Assembly (NCBI RefSeq): GCF_006345805.1
Contig: NW_021826672.1
Span: 1 to 12,123, forward strand
Origin: Octopus sinensis
Taxonomy: Eukaryota
DNA length: 12,123 bases
Direction: 5' to 3'
Below are positions 7,570-12,123 of the stretch, piece after piece. The notes under the pieces were generated by a model. The model was not told the origin of the DNA. It did not search any database and worked only from the letters and a program-made list of their open reading frames with translations. Within the stretch, counting starts at the first letter, position 1; each line of letters starts with the position of its first letter. A program made the position numbers and the translations under genes.

Positions 7570-7787
7570 GGTGGTGAGCTGGTAGTATGGTTAGCACACT
7601 GGACGAAATACTGCTAAGCATTTCGTCCGTCTTTACGTTCTGAGTTCAAATTCCGCCGAATTGACTTTCTCTTACATCCTTTCAGGGTCGATAAAAGAAG
7701 TTCTAGTTGAACCCTGGTGTCGATTTACTCGACTTTCTCCTTTTACCCGAACTTGCTGGCCTTGTGCCAAAATTTGAAACCAATATT
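7570..7787 (+). mobile_element. tRNA-derived SINE, family B, full length
   Basis: GGTGGTGAGCTGGTAG head, B-box GAGTTCAAATTCC, core CATCCTTTCAGGGTCGATAAAA, hairpin at 7719-7733, tail GCTGGCCTTGTGCCAAAATTTGAAACCAATATT. Confidence 0.9.
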
Positions 7788-7823
7788 ACTCCACACGAAT
7801 TCGTACTGTGACTTAATATACTC

Positions 7824-7840
7824 TGTGTGTGTGTGTGTGT
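7824..7840. repeat. (TG)n microsatellite
   Basis: Read directly. Confidence 0.95.
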
Positions 7841-8830
7841 CTGCAGTTGTGTCTGCGAATAAATGTACCATTATATCTGAGATTCCAAATGCTTCAGTGG
7901 ACATACATATTAACGTATCATCGTACAATTCTTTAGTTTGCAACACGTCAGAAACTTGGCGATATTCGAACAATTAATTGCTTAATTGCTTCGATTCAGA
8001 TTTTGTATTGATTGCCGACGCCTCTTGAATATTTCAATAGATTGTTGAAATCTGAAAATTTGTTGTTACACTACAACTGTGGCTGATTAACGATCAATTA
8101 ACTTCATTAAATTAAAAACAAGTGACTGTCAAAAGTCTTAACATCGTTTCATCGTTGACTTACGTTGATCATTCACACGAAAACATTGCAACCATGCAGT
8201 TTACAATTAAAGGAGCGTCCGTATTTCTAGATTGTTTGCTTCTTATATACTTAAAGTGGCAGCTCTACATAAGGCATACCAGAAATGGCCATCTCGTCTT
8301 TTTAAGGCGTATTATATTTAAAACTATACTATTCTGAGTACACAATTCTCAATTTTAAGATAGTATATTCGTATTTGAGGAAGATGTGTTGCTTGCTCTG
8401 TCTAGCAAGTCGAGCAATATCGAAGGGACTTTTTGGCCTTGCGACTATATAATAGCAACCCATAACTAGTTCAGTTATTACCGCATTTTCTTGCATAAAA
8501 GTAGAATTTTTCACTCTAAAATTTACCGCCAAAAAATGTAGGCTGATTTATACATATACACCAAGATGACATTGGAGGACTGAAATGCAGCAGGATTGGG
8601 AAAGGTCGTGACAACGTTTGAATATTTATACTATATATCATTACGTTGATTTTTATGCAGGGAAATACTTTAGCGGCAGATTGAAATATATTTTTCATCG
8701 TTAGTGGTGTCTGCACCAATACCATCGGTAAATACATTGCAAGTAGTGTTACAGTTTAACAATGTCAAAGAAAAAAGGTATGCAACTTAATCATAACACA
8801 TGCACCACCATAATCTTAAAGGGGTATTGC

Positions 8831-9031
8831 TGTCATTGTTTAGCCCCAAGAAACCCCTAACTGAACAAATGGTTCCTCAAATACCTCTCAACCGTGTACG
8901 TCCCTAGCTTTTTTTTTTTTTTTTTTAATTCCCATGATTACGTTTGCCGTGGCATTTCTTCGTAAAGTCGATGGTATGTATCTTAAGGGAGATTGGCTGC
9001 TATATCTGCAGCAGGCCGAGCAACACCTAGA
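8831..9031 (-). mobile_element. Probable decayed interspersed repeat with an internal T18 tract
   Basis: TTGTTTAGCCCCA ... T18 (8909-8926) ... GGGAGATTGGCTGCTATATCTGCAGCAGGCCGAGC resembles an octopus repeat I recall. Family and orientation are unverified. Confidence 0.35.
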
Positions 9032-9042
9032 ATAGGATCATG

Positions 9043-9092
9043 TTATTGTAACTGTTGTAGTTGTTGTAGTTGTTGTAGATGCTGCAGTTGTT
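9043..9092. repeat. Degenerate (GTT/GTA) trinucleotide repeat
   Basis: GTTGTAGTTGTTGTAGTTGTTGTAG read directly. Confidence 0.85.
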
Positions 9093-9216
9093 ACATACCC
9101 CACCTCCAGTTCATCTATGATCGAATAGGCCCGTGGTACGTAGGTCGCCCAGCAAACCCCGACCCACAAACAACTATTTTTCTTATCCCTCCGTTAAGCA
9201 ATGTCTCCACCTAGAC

Positions 9217-9504
9217 CAGTGGTTCCCAAAGTGGACAGTATTGCCCCCTGCAGGCGATGGAAAGTTCCAAGGGGGCAGTAAAGAAAAGTGGGGTGATAAT
9301 GGGGTAGTGATTCATGTAAAAATTGGGGCGATAATGGGATAGCGATTCATATAAAAACAGCAATATAATGGGTTAAGTTTCATTTGTTAAATACAGTTGC
9401 CTTGAATTTGCTTCAGAAAGGGGTCTGGCTAGTTGAGATGGGGCGTTAGGTATGTGGCTTGGGTGTCAAAAGGGCGGCAGTTCGAAGAGGTTTGGGAAAC
9501 CCTG
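9217..9504. mobile_element. hAT (Charlie/Buster-type) MITE, 288 bp
   Basis: TIRs CAGTGGTTCCCAAA and TTTGGGAAACCCTG match at 12/14. The 8-bp flanks ACCTAGAC (9209-9216) and ATTTAGAC (9505-9512) match at 6/8 and fit the Charlie NTCTAGAN target preference. No transposase ORF. Confidence 0.85.
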
Positions 9505-9630
9505 ATTTAGACGAAGTTCATTTTGCTCACTCCAGCAAGTTTTGATGCAATATATTAGTTTCTGTGTGATAGATTTTTCATGTTGTATTCTCATTAATAC
9601 CCAGTCTATTTCTGGGCAAATGGTGAAGAT

Positions 9631-9770
9631 GAACTCGTTCGCAAAACATGGCGATGGGAGACTAACAAGATACGTCTCAGGCTTAAATAGATAATTACTG
9701 GGGTCGAGTCATTCAAGTAAAAGTACTCCATCACGGTGCCCCAGCATGGTCACAGTTTAATGGCTAAATA
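9631..9770 (+). mobile_element. Decayed 3' fragment of SINE family A
   Basis: CGTTCGCAAAA, ACTGGGGTCGAGTCATTC and CGGTGCCCCAGCATGGTCACAGTTTAATGGCT match the family A 3' half. Confidence 0.7.
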
Positions 9771-9906
9771 TTCTGTTTGTGCTGTTCCTCTTACCACAAG
9801 GAGACAGTGAGATTGTCAATGTCGTAGCCAGTGTCTATATATTTTCTGTTCGCTTACAATTGTACCGTGATAGTGTCTATGAGACAGTATGAGTTATTTC
9901 TTTTAG

Positions 9907-9953
9907 GAGCGTTGAATCCCAGAGCAAACACGACAATAAATAATATCGTGTAA
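9907..9953 (+). other. Duplicated exon-like cassette, copy 1 (GALNPRANTTINNIV* in its only open frame)
   Basis: Preceded by TTATTTCTTTTAG. 34/47 nt identical and gap-free against 10144-10190. The duplication is well supported; exon status is speculative. Confidence 0.3.
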
Positions 9954-10143
9954 ATATTTGGTTAACAACACATGGGATAGAAAAAGTCGAACCTGCATCA
10001 CCTGTAATCATTAAAGTGTTCCACCATTGGACCAAAGCATTCCTTGAACTATTTTCTCCATTTTAGAAACTTTATTCTTGCCAGCTAGCAATATAGTCAT
10101 AAGAATTTAGAAACTGGGAGAAAGTGAAAATTATTCTTTGCAG

Positions 10144-10190
10144 GAACTGTAAATCTCGAATCAAATACAGCTATAAATAATAGCGTGTAA
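10144..10190 (+). other. Duplicated exon-like cassette, copy 2 (GTVNLESNTAINNSV* in its only open frame)
   Basis: Preceded by TTATTCTTTGCAG, 237 bp downstream of copy 1, with the same single open frame. Confidence 0.3.
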
Positions 10191-10459
10191 ATATTGATTT
10201 AAAAAAGAAAACATTTATTGGATAGAAAATGTCAAATGTCACTCGGGGTTTTGAAGCTGATTCTTCTGGTAGTGAAGCGAAATAACAATGAGGACAGCAG
10301 TAAAAACGAAAAAATAATTGTCCCGTTCACATAGCTTTGTTCCCTTTCATTTTTGTACATTTGTGTCATCGTATAGGTGATCGGTTGTGGACGATATGCA
10401 TTCACATTGAGGCAAGTAGTCCGAATCCAAATCTAATGTAATTTCTGGTGGTTTTTAGA

Positions 10460-10560
10460 GCAGATGCTGTAGTAAGTGGCTACTGTTGGTGGCCTTAGGA
10501 AGGATACCGATGATAATGCGTCTTGAGTTCAAATCTCGCTCGAGCTCCTAAATTCATATT
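10460..10560 (+). mobile_element. Possible decayed tRNA-like SINE head
   Basis: B-box-like GAGTTCAAATC at 10525-10535 with a weak A-box-like TGTAGTAAGTGG upstream. No recognisable body. Confidence 0.3.
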
Positions 10561-10620
10561 TGTGCAAAGTACCGATAACATCGGAATTCTCTTTCTCATT
10601 TTCTATCAGCCCTCAAACAT

Positions 10621-10830
10621 AAAAAAATATTATTAAATAAATAAATAAATAAGTAAAAAATAAAAATTAAAATAGAAATATTTATATATATGTATATATA
10701 TAAATTTATAAAAATAAATTAATAATTTTTAATTTTTAACTTTAAATTTAAATAATTTAAATTTAAAATTTGTTTTTTATATATTTTGTATATTATATTA
10801 ATTATTTTTATTTCTATGTTTTGGTTTATG
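10621..10830. repeat. Extremely AT-rich low-complexity block
   Basis: Nearly all A/T, read directly. A-rich first half and T-rich second half. Confidence 0.9.
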
Positions 10831-11003
10831 TTTTTCAGTTTGATTTGCCTAATAGTGGTTTTATCTCTAATTTAATTTATATATAAAGAGTAAAGAGTAA
10901 AAAAAAATATATATATATAGCTATCTATCGATAGATCGATTGATCTATCTCTGCCTTTTGCTCTTTCACTATATTCTTATATATATATATATGTATATAT
11001 ATA

Positions 11004-11164
11004 GAGGGAGAATTCACAAAAAACAAAAGACGAAGACAGGTTGTATAGACAACAAACAGAGAAGTGAAAAAGTCTTTAACGTTTCAAGCCTACGCTCTTC
11101 CACAGAAAGGAACACAAAAAGAAACAAGGAGATAAAATAAAGAATGTGTGGTGGCTAGTGATCT
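11004..11164 (-). mobile_element. Short element between (TA)n tracts; candidate Penelope-like terminal repeat or retrozyme-like remnant
   Basis: About 160 bp of complex sequence flanked on both sides by (TA)n, carrying a hammerhead-like motif on the minus strand. The family assignment is inferred from the motif. Confidence 0.5.
11074..11109 (-). ncRNA. Minimal type I hammerhead-ribozyme-like motif with a variant core
   Basis: The minus strand parses as CTTT | CTGTGGA | A | GAGC-GTAG-GCTT | GAAA | CG | TT | AAAG: stem I, core, extra A, stem II, GAAA, palindromic ACGT stem III, GUU triplet, stem I. Deviations are U in place of A6 and a G-U pair closing stem II. Confidence 0.4.
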
Positions 11165-11373
11165 ATATATATATATATCTGTATGTATATATATATATAT
11201 AAATACCAATAAACACACATACTTATAAGTAAATGTATATACATATATACATAAATCTATGTACTCATGTATATATAAATGTATTATATATGTGTGTTTG
11301 TGAGTGCGTGTGTGTGCATGTGTGTGTGTTTTGTGTGTGTGCGTATGTATATGAATATATGTATACATATATA
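11165..11373. repeat. Compound (AT)/(AC)/(GT) microsatellite field
   Basis: Read directly. Confidence 0.93.
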
Positions 11374-11376
11374 TCC

Positions 11377-11580
11377 CAGGATCGTTAACACTCCGGGATA
11401 ATTAACTACATGGCAACGTTTCATTCTCTTGAAATTCAGAGTTCAAATTCCGCCGTGGTCGACTTCGCCTTTCATCCTTTCTAGAGCAATCAAACGGGTA
11501 CCAGCTAAGAACTGTGCTCGATGTACTCGGCCAGCCTTCTCCTGCAAACTTTCAGCACTCGTATCTGTAATAGTAAGAAT
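11377..11580 (+). mobile_element. tRNA-derived SINE, family B, old copy lacking the 5' tip
   Basis: CAGGATCGTTAACACTCCGGG ... CAGAGTTCAAATTCCGCCGTGGTCGACTTCGCCTTTCATCCTTTC ... GGTACCAGC ... CTCGATGTACTCGGC. Confidence 0.82.
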
Positions 11581-11617
11581 AAGACATTTAATTGTATGTA
11601 TGTAATTTTATATACAA

Positions 11618-11660
11618 ATGGATAGGTAGGGGGTGGATAGGTGGATGGATGATGGATTGG
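11618..11660. repeat. Degenerate (GGAT/AGGT)n repeat
   Basis: Read directly. Confidence 0.8.
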
Positions 11661-11814
11661 TATATGATATAAAGAAATAGTGTACAACTCACTCTTAAAA
11701 CTTGAGCTGTAATAAACATGGAACACATCAACTCAAGTTTCATCAAGCAACAGGATTATATGCGTCTTAAGCATGTAAATATACTATTGACTACACGGTG
11801 AGTTGATGTAGAAG

Positions 11815-11865
11815 TAACATATATGTATATGTAACATATATGTATATATGTGTATATATATATAT

Positions 11866-11904
<39 letters not shown>

Positions 11905-11961
11905 TATACATATAATTATATATATGTGTGTGTGTGTGTGTTGTGTGTGTGTGTGTGTGTG
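11815..11961. repeat. Compound (AT)n/(GT)n microsatellite
   Basis: Read directly. Confidence 0.95.
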
Positions 11962-12059
11962 TATCTTTTATCGTCAATTCATTACGCGTTCTGCACAAGA
12001 TAACAATCACTCGGATATCAGCAGGAGAAAATGATATGCATTTTATGGTTTAGTTAACA

Positions 12060-12123
12060 ATATATAAACATATATATATATATATTATATATATATATAT
12101 ATATAATATATATATATATATAC
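12060..12123. repeat. (AT)n microsatellite running to the window end
   Basis: Read directly. Confidence 0.95.

Noticed and set aside
8516-9342. ORFs 8516-8737, 8993-9214 and 9133-9342
   Set aside because: Short and unrecognised. The Cys-rich run in 8993-9214 derives from the (GTT/GTA) repeat, and 9133-9342 runs into the MITE.
9623-9652. GTGAAGATGAACTCGTTCGCAAAAC hammerhead-like string
   Set aside because: Better explained as a decayed SINE A segment (GGTTCGGCAAAA), and the core does not match.
10377-10400. VIGCGRYA resembling a Rossmann-fold GxGxx motif
   Set aside because: The frame closes after 19 codons and no other dehydrogenase features are present, so it is likely chance.
10923-10936. 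Perfect 14-bp palindrome ATCTATCGATAGAT
   Set aside because: An expected by-product of adjacent (ATCT)/(AGAT) simple repeats.

Overview
AT-rich, microsatellite-dense eukaryotic non-coding DNA (intronic or intergenic). From my recollection of the SINE sequences it is most likely an Octopus genome; this is inference, not a database result. No protein-coding gene, tRNA, rRNA or CRISPR array can be supported, and nearly all listed ORFs are translations of simple repeats or SINEs. The window is a mosaic of: (1) five copies or fragments of one tRNA-derived SINE family (called A here) and five of a second (called B here); (2) a 375-bp non-autonomous Helitron (6485-6859, minus) whose empty site can be rebuilt exactly from the 72-bp tandem repeat it interrupts; (3) a 288-bp hAT/Charlie-type MITE (9217-9504); (4) a degenerate 5-bp-period satellite spread over about 5025-7568 and broken by nested insertions; (5) a short element at 11004-11164 carrying a minimal hammerhead-ribozyme-like motif with a variant core; (6) many di- and tetranucleotide microsatellites. 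The unexplained non-repeat signals are a GC/CpG-rich patch at about 2871-3020 and two diverged duplicated cassettes at 9907 and 10144, which read either as exon-like or as Forkhead-site-like. I see no evidence for a large new biological system. The best leads are the hammerhead-like motif and the duplicated cassette.
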